A stretch of DNA of 64,000 nt from Eledone cirrhosa. Taxonomy: Eukaryota. The stretch covers positions 77,376,001 through 77,440,000 of the forward strand of contig OZ024742.1 in the NCBI GenBank assembly GCA_964016885.1. The letters are read 5' to 3'. Both the position numbers and the translations under genes were made by a program. Below the pieces are notes generated by a model. It ran no database searches, was not told the origin of the DNA, and saw nothing but the letters and a program-made list of their open reading frames with translations. Below are positions 26,901-39,226 of this stretch, in pieces; within the stretch, counting starts at the first letter, position 1, and every line of letters begins with the position of its first letter.

Positions 26901-27686
26901 ATCCAAAAATTAATATTTCTTACAAGAATTTCAGAGTGTTTCACAATTAGGCCAATATGCTATGCAAAAACCTCCTTGAATTGAAAGGTCGTGGCATATT
27001 TTAAGGTACTTAACATACTTTCATTGTTACGGAACTATTTACTTAAATATATTTTCATGTTGACTTTATCTTTATGCAAATAATCGATGGGTTGTATAAA
27101 GTGCGAAATATGTGCTTGCTTCGGAGGAATACACATCTACATATTATTCAAAAGGAGCAACACACTTGGTTTTTATAGCAGAGTATTCCTTGTATATTCA
27201 TGGAAAGCATGTATAGAGCAGTTTAAAGGAAGTAATATGTTATTCCTTCTATGCAAACAAAGGGAATGACGTGATACGACTGCATTTACGAGATATATAA
27301 CATATATAGCTGTTTCCAAAGATTTCCACTTATACATTAAATAAGATGTTCTAAGGAAAATGTGATATAATTTAATCGTTGTAATGTCATGAATAAATCA
27401 TGTTGTAGTAACAACTGCAATATATTTCACTGTGATGTAAGAATAAGGAGCTTCGTCTCTATATATTCAGGTATATGATCAATACAAGTATTTATTGCGG
27501 AACGTTACTCTAAAATAAATAACGATAAGTATAAATGCGTGTACTGCTCCAGTAAGAGAAACAGTTTCACTATCACAATACTAACAGTTCAAAAGTAAGT
27601 TAATGGTATAGTAGTGATTCCAGTGAACGTATAGCGAATGCCATGGACATATATACATACACATACGCACAGACACGCATACACAC

Positions 27687-27870
27687 GGTGGATTGGCAGT
27701 ATTGGTAGAGCGTCAGACACCATGCTTTGTGGCATAGAGTTATGGCCCTTTACGTTCTGAGTTCAAATACCGCCAAGGTCAACTTTGCGTTTCATCCTTA
27801 CAAGGTCGACAAAATAAAGCACCAGTAATGCACTAGTGTAATTGCTGGCCTTGTGCCAAAAGTAGAAAAA
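27687..27870 (+). mobile_element. tRNA-derived SINE, near full length
   Basis: A-box TGGCAGTATTGG, B-box GAGTTCAAATAC, and the core and tail shared with the other copies. Confidence 0.85.
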
Positions 27871-28332
27871 ATATATATATATATATAAATGAAAATATAG
27901 AAATTGTTGTGAGCAAGAAGCCAACAGTATTTCATAATATATAAGTGACTATAACGTCAAAATGGAAAATAATTAACGTAAGATATGGGAAAATAATTCA
28001 AACTCAATTAAAAAAAACAAGACAGATATTTTATCCACAGATTTGGTGAAATTCAGGGAAAAACAATAGAGTCTTAACTCAGAATAAAACAAAGCTTAAA
28101 TACTCATCGTTCAATTTGGAAAAACTACAAATGCTCTATATAGTCTTAAAAAGACTATTTCACGAAACTTTTCAGTGGGGATAGTCACGGCTGGAGTCGT
28201 TCGTCAGTAGAGCTCAAACACGATAACCCAAAAAAACTCCCAAAATATGTCAAAAAGGGAATTTAAAAGCATGCTAGTTCACCTCGTGCGTAATTATAAA
28301 AATAAAAACATATGGAGAGACATCTCTCTCAC

Positions 28333-28378
<46 letters not shown>

Positions 28379-28462
28379 GTTATTCCGGGTTGAATCGGAG
28401 GTAACCACAGTAAGTAAGGTACTCAATACATTGCAGAGTATAAAAGTTTTAATATAGATGAG

Positions 28463-28509
28463 ATTCTACAGGACTAGAACTGTTTCATTCTTTAGAAATC
28501 ATCAGGAAT
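28463..28509 (-). ncRNA. Intact type I hammerhead ribozyme in a PLE pLTR-like module (module starts at (TA)n ~28375)
   Basis: ATTC-CTGATGA-tTTCtaaaGAAt-GAAA-CAGttctagtcCTG-TA-GAAT. Confidence 0.85.
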
Positions 28510-28979
28510 TTGGGTATCAAAAAATAAATATGGTATTTATAGGGCTCTACAAGTGGTAGGAGAGGGTGGGGAGTGGGATGGATGTAGCTCATTGGTTGAT
28601 AGAAAAGGAATTCATTAAAAGCGAATTCTACAAAGCTATAGTTTATTTTTATTTATTTTTGTTTTTAGAGTAACAGAGGCAGACAGAATTCTATAAACAG
28701 GTTCCAGATGGCATACCATTCCTTGTCATTAAGTTTCTCTGAAGCTAACAGATGTATATAAGATCAGTGGGGGGTCAGTCATGGTAGATAGAATTAAAAG
28801 AAAGGGAGATTCTTTAAAAGCTAAATTCATTAAGGTTCTACTAAGTGACAAAGGTTTAGAGAATCCTGTAGACAGATTCAAAATACTGAGTGCATATCTT
28901 ACAATTATCTTCGAACTTCTCTTAAACTAATCAACTCTATGCCAAAAATCAACAGACACATTCACAAAAAAACACACTC

Positions 28980-29083
28980 ACTCACACACTCGCGCGCAAC
29001 CATAAACACACATACACATACACATATACACACATAAAAACACACACACATATATAAATATATTTATATATACACACACATAT

Positions 29084-29144
<61 letters not shown>

Positions 29145-29302
29145 CATATATATATATACATACACACATACATATATATACACACACACACACATATATA
29201 CACATATATATATACACTCACACACATACATACATACACACAAATATACATGTGTATACATATACCCATATATACACATACATACATATATATACACATA
29301 TA

Positions 29303-29357
<55 letters not shown>

Positions 29358-29412
29358 CATATATATACACACATATACATACATATATACATATACACAC
29401 ACATACACACAA

Positions 29413-29481
<69 letters not shown>

Positions 29482-29502
29482 TGCACCATTCATACATATA
29501 TT

Positions 29503-29562
<60 letters not shown>

Positions 29563-29597
29563 TACACACATATATACACAAATACATACACATATAT

Positions 29598-29672
<75 letters not shown>

Positions 29673-29754
29673 TATATATATATATATATACAAACATACA
29701 TATACACATATATATACACATACACACACACACAATATATATATACACATATAT

Positions 29755-29785
<31 letters not shown>

Positions 29786-29846
29786 TACATATACACATAC
29801 ACACATACATACATACATACATATACAAATATATATACATACATAC

Positions 29847-29895
<49 letters not shown>

Positions 29896-30165
29896 CACAT
29901 ATATATACATACGTACATATACACACGCATATATACACACACACATATACACATATATACACACACACACACACACATATATGAATATATATATATATAT
30001 ATATCTATATATATAAATACATACACATACATACACAGACATATACATAAATATACACATATATACAAACATATATACGCATATATACACACGTATATAC
30101 ATATATATACACGCATACACACATACACACACACACAAATATATATACACACACACTCCCTCACG

Positions 30166-30247
<82 letters not shown>

Positions 30248-30320
30248 TATATATATATATATATATACACACCTGCACACACACACATATATATATACAC
30301 ACACACACACATACACACAT

Positions 30321-30365
<45 letters not shown>
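28980..30365. repeat. 1.4-kb compound (TA)n/(CA)n microsatellite
   Basis: Directly visible. Confidence 0.98.
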
Positions 30366-30368
<3 letters not shown>

Positions 30369-30513
30369 TTTGAGTTTATGTTGGTTGTATACCAACACCT
30401 CAGTGTGCAGGTTGGCGCACTCGACGAAGTGCGCAGGTTGGTTTGGTTACTCCGGAGTAGTGTAAAATAAAGTTAAATAAAAGTCAAATGATTAAAATTT
30501 AGCTTCGTATATT

Positions 30514-30568
30514 ACTGCTATATATATTTCAGTGACAGCCATCTCTGGCTGTGACCTCTTCAGGCAGT
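30514..30568 (-). ncRNA. Intact type I hammerhead ribozyme
   Basis: ACTGC-CTGAAGA-GGTCACAGCCagagatGGCTGTCACT-GAAA-TATATA-TA-GCAGT. Confidence 0.9.
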
Positions 30569-30902
30569 TTGAATTAGTATGGTATAGACAAGTACATATG
30601 TTGTTTAGGTGTATGATATTGTCAATACTCTGATATGCCCAGTTCCTTGTTGGGTTGTTAATTCACTGGGGAACTGGAGTCATATGAATTCAAACAAACG
30701 AATTATCGTGTCACAGGTCACCTTCTCCTCTCATTGGTCAGAGGAGAAGGGGACCTGTGACACGATAATTCGTTTGATTGAATTCATATGACTCCAGTTC
30801 CCCAGTGAATTAACAACCCAACAAGGAACTGGGCATATCAGAGTATTGACAATATCATACACCTAAACAACATATGTACTTGTCTATACCATACTAATTC
30901 AA

Positions 30903-30957
30903 ACTGCCTGAAGAGGTCACAGCCAAAGATGGCTGTCACTGAAATATATATAGCAGT
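30903..30957 (+). ncRNA. Intact type I hammerhead ribozyme
   Basis: ACTGC-CTGAAGA-GGTCACAGCCaaagatGGCTGTCACT-GAAA-TATATA-TA-GCAGT; predicted cleavage after 30952. Confidence 0.9.
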
Positions 30958-30998
30958 AATAAACGAAGCTAAATTTTAATCATTTGACTTTTATTTAA

Positions 30999-31070
<72 letters not shown>

Positions 31071-31117
31071 CACATACATACATACATACATACACATACA
31101 CATACATACAAATACAT

Positions 31118-31170
<53 letters not shown>

Positions 31171-31499
31171 TATATACATATATACACATATATACATACA
31201 TAAATATACACACATAAAACACATATACACACATACATATATATATATACATACACATACATATACACACATACACACAAATATATACACAGACAAATAA
31301 ATAAGTACTCAATAAATATACGCATATACGCAGGCACATAAAAACACCTCTACACGCAGAAAATGTAGATAGGAAAGAGGTACTCACATAACCATAGTGG
31401 CCGTATTTCAGGTTGAGGAGGGGTGGGGGTAGGGTGGGGAGGAGGTATAGGGGCCAATAGGGGAAGGTCGTTTTTAGCCATCGGGCTTTAACACTGGCT

Positions 31500-31682
31500 T
31501 AAAGTGTTCGAAAGTTGCAAAGTTCTTGTGCATGCAGTTCGGGCAGTGTTCAGAGAGTTTGTTCAGTAGCGGGCCCTTGGCAAATAAAATTTCGTAGCTC
31601 TCTGAAATACAAAGGTCGCAGCCCTTGTGTCCTCCGTTGTAAGAGCGCGTTATCTGGAGTATTTTCCATTTAAGCGTGAATG
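31500..31682 (-). mobile_element. PLE GIY-YIG C-terminal fragment (Hydra-like)
   Basis: TLKWKILQITRSYNGGHKGCDLCISESYEILFAKGPLLNKLSEHCPNCMHK. Confidence 0.75.
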
Positions 31683-31727
31683 AAATAACAGGAGGCTGGA
31701 CTGGTGTAAATCCTTGAAAGGTTTATT

Positions 31728-31785
31728 ATACTATGATCATTTCAATGACCGGGTTCCATATGAATCCGGTGATATCATCAGGTAT
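31728..31785 (-). ncRNA. Intact type I hammerhead ribozyme
   Basis: ATAC-CTGATGA-TATCACCGGATTCatatgGAACCCGGTCATT-GAAA-TGATCA-TA-GTAT, immediately followed by AATAAA. Confidence 0.88.
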
Positions 31786-31908
31786 TGGAATATAACAAAG
31801 GAATATGTAAAAAGCCATGGGTCCGAAAAACCAGGGTCCGAGAAACCAGAGACAGAGAGGGCGGTTCCACAGCCAGCTGCCCTATCTTTCTCTCTCTCTC
31901 TCTCTCTC

Positions 31909-31945
<37 letters not shown>

Positions 31946-32304
31946 GTGGGCCTGTGTGTATATCATGTTTAATATAGAAATAGCTTCTACCAGACTATAA
32001 CTGTTTCATTTCATCGCGTTAAGGGCCATATGCCTCAGGTTGGTGCGAACAACTGCTAAAAAAAAGTCGTTGGGACACGTAAATAAAGGGGGACGCTAGA
32101 GTAACAACAAAAAGGTTTAAGCAACGGAAAGTGAGTAGAAATAGACAAGTCCCAGATCTCTATGAATATAAACTCTGTGAAATCGTGAACAAGAGACGAA
32201 AGACCATCAGACCTGGTAGAAATGTGAGCAAGGAAAGAATTTCGCCCAAGTTTGACGGGGGGGAAAAAAGAGAGAGAGAGAGAGAAAGAAAAAGGAGAGA
32301 AGAG

Positions 32305-32423
32305 GAAGAAGAAGAAGAAGAAGAAGAAGAAGAAGAAGAAGAAGAAGAAGAAGAAGAAGAAGAAGAAGAAGAAGAAGAAGAAGAAGAAGAAGAAGAAGAA
32401 GAAGAAGAAGAAGAAGAAGAAGA
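32305..32423. repeat. (GAA)n microsatellite
   Basis: Directly visible; source of the poly-E/K/L ORFs. Confidence 0.98.
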
Positions 32424-32721
32424 TAAGGGGGGTCTGGTTTACGAATTCGGTAAACGCAAGTTTTGTGAAGTCGCAGACGAAAGAGAGAGAGAAAAAAATT
32501 CCATACCAGCTCGGTCAAGACTGCGCGAGAAAAGAATTACACACAGGTCAAACTTGAAGGAGGAGGAGGAAAGAGGAGGAGGAGAGGTAGTGACAGAGAA
32601 TGAGTGAGTGAAAGTTGAGGAGAGGGTAACAGAGAGGGAGACTGCTAGAAGTGGTAAAGATACAGGAACGAAACAGACGAAGGCTGCATGGAAAAATTAT
32701 ATGTGTAAATATGATGATAAT

Positions 32722-32801
<80 letters not shown>

Positions 32802-33490
32802 ATTAAAATACTGGAGTGTGTTGGAGTTAAACACCCTCTTCGTATTATAGAAATGACAGTAAAAGGTATAGCTCAATGTAATTAAACAGAGCCGAAGAAT
32901 TATTAAAATAAAACAAAGAAGCCTTCAATACATCAAAAGTCTTTATTATATATATATATATATACATATACATATAATTCGGGTTGTTTGTTTGTTTACA
33001 AACAAACCGTACATTATAATAAATGTTCGGTAAACCGATACGTGCATATATATATATGTGTGCATGTATGTATATATATACATACTACTGTACGCCTGTA
33101 TACATATAGGTATGTACGTATACATACGTACACACATATAAGTAACTGCCGTACTAAGAGTGAGAAATGAAATTTCGTTTCATCCTATTCCATATACATA
33201 TATATATACAAATATATATTTAAAAAAATATATATATACACATATATATATATATACACAAATATATATATATATATATATATATACATACATATATATA
33301 TATATATATATATCCATATATACATATATTGTGTATATATACATATATATTTACATATATATATATATACATATATACATGTATATATATATATATACAT
33401 ACATATATATATTTTAAACAAACAGCCCGAATTAAGCCGTACAGTGTTTAGCAACCATCGTTTCCCTTTTGTTCAACACTGACAAAAGAA

Positions 33491-33531
33491 CGATGTACTA
33501 GTTTCAAGCTTATTAGCTATCGTCAGCACCG
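33491..33531 (-). ncRNA. Intact minimal type I hammerhead ribozyme
   Basis: CGGTG-CTGACGA-tAGCTaataAGCTt-GAAA-CTAG-TA-CATCG. Confidence 0.88.
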
Positions 33532-34140
33532 TATACCTTCCTGCGAGATGATTGAACGTCTGAAAGTATACACTTTCCTCATGCATATTAGCGGCTGCTA
33601 AGCAGCCTAATTTGCATATCGAGTGAGATAATCGGCCGTGACCACCGAAAACGCACAAAACTTTCCTGTATTACAGCCCCACGTTATACCCTAACGGATA
33701 GTACGATCTATACGTGGATATTTTACGTCCTGATGTAGGAGCTAAGTATATGTTTTGTTTATTCCTTTACTTATTTGCTTAGGTAAGTATATATTACCTG
33801 TATGTTTTGTGAAGGTTGTATACCTTCTCTTACGTATATTTGATTGTTATGGCGTATAATTTTCATATATTCTGGTATTTATGGTTTGGCTATGTGTATA
33901 CGGGAGTTTTGCGTCTGCGTGAGTATGCAGGTTCGTACGTATGGTGGGTGTATGTATATGTGTACTTCTTGTTTTAGTTGACTTACGTCTCCGAACATTC
34001 GTGTATTTATTTCAAGTATTAACAATTGTTTCATTGATCAGGTGAGTCTAAAGGCCGCTAATCACTCGAAGTTGCGTCACTCGACCTTAAATGCAGTGTT
34101 TACCTCTGAGCAAATCCTCAGAATATATATATATATATAT

Positions 34141-37010
34141 ACTCTTTTACCTGTTTCAGCCATCCAGCTGAGGCCATGCTGGGGCACCGCCCTTGTTGCT
34201 ACACATTTTATCTCCAGCCTATATAGGTTGGCCACTGGTGTAAGAGGGATTTTGTTGCTGCTGCCCTTAGGTTTCCCTCGTGTCTTGCTCTGGGCTCATC
34301 CGGGATCCTGGATAACAAGGCGTCGAGATGTTTCTTGAACACATCCACCTCCACGTCATGCAAATCTCTCAGATCCCTCGGCAGCCTGTTGAAGAGTTGA
34401 GGGCCCTTGAATCCCAGGCTATTGCAATACCTGCTCCCTATTCTAGATGTGGAAGACGGGACGTTTAGCACCACACACTGACGTCCTGTTCGACGGTTGG
34501 TCCAGCTACCAATCCCAAAGTCTGGTGCTAGTCCCTCCAGGATTTTCCACATGTAGATCGCTGCGTATCTCTCCCGTCTTCGTTCCAAGGAGTAGAGGTT
34601 CAGTTCCTTTTGCCTCTCCCAGTAGCTTGTCTCCTTCATCGTGGCAATACACTTGGTGTAGCTTCGCTGGATTGCCTCAAGCTCCGTGGTTAGTTTGACA
34701 CTATGGGGTGACCACAACTGGGAGCAGTAGTCCAGGCGTCTTAGGACAAATGTCCTCCATAGTGTCAACAAGGTGTCTCGATCTCTTGTCCGGAAAGTCC
34801 TAAAGATCCAGCCAGCGAGTCGTCTGCACATTGTCGCCACTTTCATGATGTGTGAAGAAAAAGATGCATCATCGCTCATGTCTAGGCCCAGGTCTCGTAT
34901 CGATTTTGACTCGGGGATATCGGTCCCTCCTTGTCCTATGTAGTTGTGTTGTACTATATTTGTGTTTGCAGGTTTGTTTGGAGGTTTGTATTGTAGGGCT
35001 TGGAATGCGCCAACATTAAACTGCATGTTGTTTTCTTCCGCCCATTTGTATATGGCATCCAGATCCTGCTGTAAAAGCGCAGCGTCAGCCGAGTTTTTGA
35101 TTGCCTGTGCTACCTTAGTGTCATCAGCATAGTTAGTGACATATCATTCCGTGGTCCACCTTGTTAAAGGCCTTCGCAAAGTCAAGATATAACACGTCCA
35201 CATGTGAGCTGTCTAGTAGTTGTTTCAGTACCCAGTCGTAGTGATGTAGCAGATGTGTAAGGCAGCTTCTGCCTGGGCGGAAGCCATGTTGCGTGCTAGT
35301 CAGGCGGACATTTTCCTCGAGGAAAGTGATCAGTTTCTTTCTGGCGACTCGCTCCATGGCCTTACTGATATGCGACGTCAGGGAGACTGGCCTATAGCTT
35401 TTGGCCTTCGCTCTGCTACCTCCTTTATGGATAGGGCATATTGTGCCTTCTTTCAGCTCCCTGGGTAGTACACCGCTAGCCAAGGAGCTTCTGAAGAGCA
35501 TCTTCAGTGGAGTTGCTAAGGCCCGCTTACATATTTTTAATAGAACTGCCGGGAATCCATCAGGTCCAGCAGCCGAGTCTGTTCTAATTTCATCAATGGC
35601 GTACACCACATCCTCCTCCATTATGTCTATGTGGTTGATGGTTGCCATTTCAACATGTAGTGCTGTGGCATCAAAGAACTCCTCTGGCTTCGTAATTAGC
35701 ATGTGCCTCAGTGGACATGTGAACACACCTTTGTACTGTTCGTTCAGTATTTCACATATCTCCTGGGGGTTTTCGGTTAATGAACCGTCCGTATGGAAGA
35801 GTGGCCCAATCTTGCAGTGTACTGAGGCAGTTTCTTTTGCAAATTTAAAGAAGGTTTTAGGGTTTGTTTTCATGTTTTCTATGGCCCTGTTCTCTTTCTT
35901 TGCCCTCTCATTCTCATGGGAAAACTTGAGTGCAATCTCGGTGCCAAGTAATGCACATTTCAAATAGGATTCCTTCTTCTTTTTGTTTTGTTGACTATTC
36001 AACTGGTTTGAGAGTGTGGTTCTACGTCTCATAAGCATTTTCCTATCTCTGGGAATAAGATGTTTGTGTCTGTTTGCCTTTTTCTTCGGGACAAACTGTT
36101 TGCATATAGTGTGTATCGTTGTCATGAAGTGTTGAAATTGTGTGTTAGTGTCTTGTGTGGCGGTGCTTTCACTCCATGTTTGCTTCCGGATTTCTCTCTT
36201 AATCTTTTTCCAGTTAGCCTTGTAGAAGTTAAGGCTGGATAACATCCCGGAGTTCTCGGTGGTTTCGTCTCTGTTGGTTCTCTTGGACCACATATCATTA
36301 GCTCTACTAAGTTATGATCCGAGAGAATTGTTGGTATCACCTTTACATTGTGGATGAGCACTTCGTTGTTTGTAAAACAGAGGTCCAGGACATTTTCGCC
36401 TCTTGTTGGGAGGAGTATTGCTTGCTCCATGAACAGCCTGTTTGTGAGGGCCAGTAGGGATTCCGTCTGTCTCTGTTCTATTGACGTCATTCCAGGGAGG
36501 AGGTGGCCCTCAGGCCATTTGACCTTTGGTAGGTTGAAGTCTCCCAGCAATAGAATATTGAGACCCTGGTCCAGTATGTCAAGGATCTCTTCTATCCTAC
36601 TTAGGCTATCCTCAAATTTACCCTCATGACTGGGGGCATCGGGCGGCCGATATGTGACACATATTACTGTCTGTAGTTGTTTCATATGTACTATCAGTGT
36701 GTCACAGACTGAGTTTGAATGTGTCAACAGTACAATTGGTGTGACATCTTCACGGATATACAGAGCAACCCCACCATGTGTTCTCTCCTTCCTGTCCGAA
36801 AGAAATACAGTATATTTCGGTATATGTATTTCTGCATCTGCTATACGGCTTGCCAGGTGCGTTTCGGTTAGTGCCATGCATAATGCTTGATTGCGTATGG
36901 CTAAGTCTTGCAGGTAGGAAATTTTACTCATGTTACTGAATTTCACCAGGCCTCTGACATTCAGCAGCAGCACTGGTGTGACTTTTGGGGTGCCAGTAAT
37001 GGCTGTCGGT
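34141..37010 (-). mobile_element. CR1-type LINE (APE-RT ORF2), 5'-truncated, with an internal RT deletion
   Basis: LLNVRGL, LTETHL, GGVALY, YRPP, GDFN, LDL, SDH (APE); AAGPDG, YRPVSLTS, QHGFR, LDFAKAFNKVDH joined directly to YADDTK; DLG, LDYCSQLWSP, LYSLERRR. The structured 3' tail ends at (TA)n. Confidence 0.93.
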
Positions 37011-37019
37011 ATGACACAT

Positions 37020-37115
37020 AGTAGAAACCATTTCTATATTAAACAGCTTGTATACACGTTGCTAATGTATTGAGTACCTTAATAACTTTCCTTACCCCGA
37101 TTGAAACCGAGAATC
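37020..37115 (+). mobile_element. pLTR tail of the 28463/42917 hammerhead family (ribozyme itself absent)
   Basis: TAGAA..TTCTATATTAAAC..AATGTATTGAGTACCTTA..CCGATTGAAACCG matches the reverse complement of 28380-28468. Confidence 0.65.
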
Positions 37116-37134
37116 ACACACACAGACGCACATC

Positions 37135-37213
<79 letters not shown>

Positions 37214-37217
37214 CCAC

Positions 37218-39050
37218 ACCATTTAACGTTCAGTTCCCACGCTAGAATGGTTTGATGGGTTGTTCTTTTTGAGGCAAGTCGAGGTTTGATGCCCATGTCT
37301 TGCTCATACAGAACCAATTTTGGCAGAACCGATTACGGCTGTATGGCCTTCTTAATGGCAACCACAATAAGAGTGAATTCAGGTTACTGTTTTTCGTGAA
37401 ACCTACACAACCAATTTACAGTGTTGGCTGGGTGCTTTTTGTCCTTTAATCAATATGGCCAATTTGCAGTGTGGGCTGGTGGTCTTTTGTTGGGAGTACG
37501 TGTGAGGAATACGGGTGTGGGTATATGGGCGTGTGTGAGGAGCGGATTCTTAGGACGTGGGAGGTGTGTGGAAAGGTGATGATGGTGAAGGTGTTGCATA
37601 CCAGATATATGCTTCAGTCTGTCCTCATGGGAGGTCTTTGGAGGGGAGTTGATGTGACTACTATATGTATACCTCAGCCAGTACTCATGGCAAGGAGCGT
37701 CTTCTGTATTACTGTATAACCCCAGGGAACTCGGTCCTGTGTAATCGCCATTGACAAGTGCAATTGAACAAAGCTGTTATCACCTCTTCTCAAGTCTTCC
37801 TAGGCCACAGCTTCCATCAACCTTGAGTGCTCTGCATGTTTTTATACAGCTGCCGCACTTCATGCGCATCCCGTAACCATACCATCGCAATCTCCCCTCC
37901 TGCACACTGCATCTGATTCCTCTTATGCTTTGTTTCTGTCTTAGTACGTTTTTGATTTGCTGCTGAATTATATTACTATTACACTTCCATTAAATCATGC
38001 AGGCTTCATTTCTTTCCGGGCCTCACTACCATGCAACATTGCTACTTGTATGCATGCGTTGTAAAATCTGCATTTTCAGTGAAAAGCCTTTTGTAACTTG
38101 TAGTGGTAGTGCCTCTCTGAACTACTTACATCCTGTCCTCAATCTGGCTACTGTATTTTCAGAACACCAACCTTCGCTGCTAATTTGGTCAGCTAGGTAG
38201 CAGAAGCTGTATACTGCTTCTATCAAACCTCCACAGAATTTGATAGCACTTGTTTCCTGTGGTTGTTTGCTACTTCCTGTTCCAGTTCAACAGGTACATG
38301 AAAAATCTACGTTCATGGCCGAATTAATTGAGACCCCACTACATCTCTTGCGTACCAAACGTTTGCATTTGGTACAGTGGATGTAATTTCTACCTACATC
38401 TCTCATACACAATGAGCAAGTCTGTTTCCTCAGGAGGATCTGTTTTCCCTTCTAAGACGATGTCTTTGCCAGGTTGACTTTAACACCCTTTGTTTCTAGG
38501 CTATAGAATTAGCTATGAGTATGAGATCGTCTGCATAAAGGAGTTCCCATGGGCATCCCGTCTTAAACTCCTCTGTTATAGCATGCAGAACTATAATAAA
38601 CAGGAGAGGGCTAAATATGCAGCCCTGAAGTACTCCAACCTGCACGTTAAATGCTTCGCTATAGTCCTTGTGAATCCAAGCTTTTCCGACTGCTCCGCTT
38701 TATATGCATTGTCAAGCCTTTACAAGCCACTCTTCTACTAGTTTTCTAAGAGCCCATCAGATAACGGCACGGTGACTCTGTCAAAAGCTTTCTCGAGATA
38801 AACAAAAACCAAGTAGAGCGACTTATAAAGAGCTGGGTAATTCTATAGCTGTTTCACACGGAAGTTAGCATCTGTGGTGCTTTTACCTGGCACAAATCCG
38901 AACTGGTCCCTAATCAGTTGTGTTATAACTCTTTCCGTTACTTTCCTGACATCGTCCATCAATGTGATGCCTCTATAGTTTCCTAACCCTTTCCTTTGTA
39001 GCAGTTGACAATGATGCTGCTGCCCCAGTCATTCGGTATGACACTATTTA
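37218..39050 (-). mobile_element. Decayed RTE-clade LINE with its 3' tail
   Basis: IPNDWGSSIIVNCYKGKG..NYRGITL, FGFVPGKSTTDA, KAFDRV, IEAVYSFCYLADQIS..ARLRTG. The tail CCCATCAAACCATTCTAGCGTGGGAACTGAACGTTAAATG is RTE-like. Confidence 0.8.
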
Positions 39051-39175
39051 GTATTACCTCTAGCGACTCAACAGGGTATGGAGCTAAATAGAGGTAGAAC
39101 GAGAGAAGGGGAAGAGCGAGCGAGAGAGAGAAAGCAGCTGCATGCTGGTTGAATTGAGTGACTGTCGTATGAAAG

Positions 39176-39225
<50 letters not shown>

Positions 39226-39226
<1 letters not shown>

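Larger units (their letters stand above)
30470..31001. repeat. Near-perfect 262-bp-arm hairpin (8-nt loop 30732-30739); inverted PLE pseudo-LTR
   Basis: Arms 30470-30731 and 30740-31001 differ at about four positions by eye. An extra ~105-bp tail (30365-30469) is on the left only. (TA)n on both sides. Confidence 0.95.

Noticed and set aside
28978-30398. Long ORFs (up to 368 aa) of YI/VC/HT repeats, also at 1132-1561 and 52124-53798
   Set aside because: These are translations of dinucleotide microsatellites that lack stop codons.
30470-31001. Integrated viroid-like genome
   Set aside because: Only one ribozyme per strand and near-perfect arm symmetry; an inverted PLE pseudo-LTR explains it more simply.
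32131-32607. Poly-Glu/Lys ORFs, also at 48021-48373
   Set aside because: (GAA)n microsatellite with no domain or splice support.
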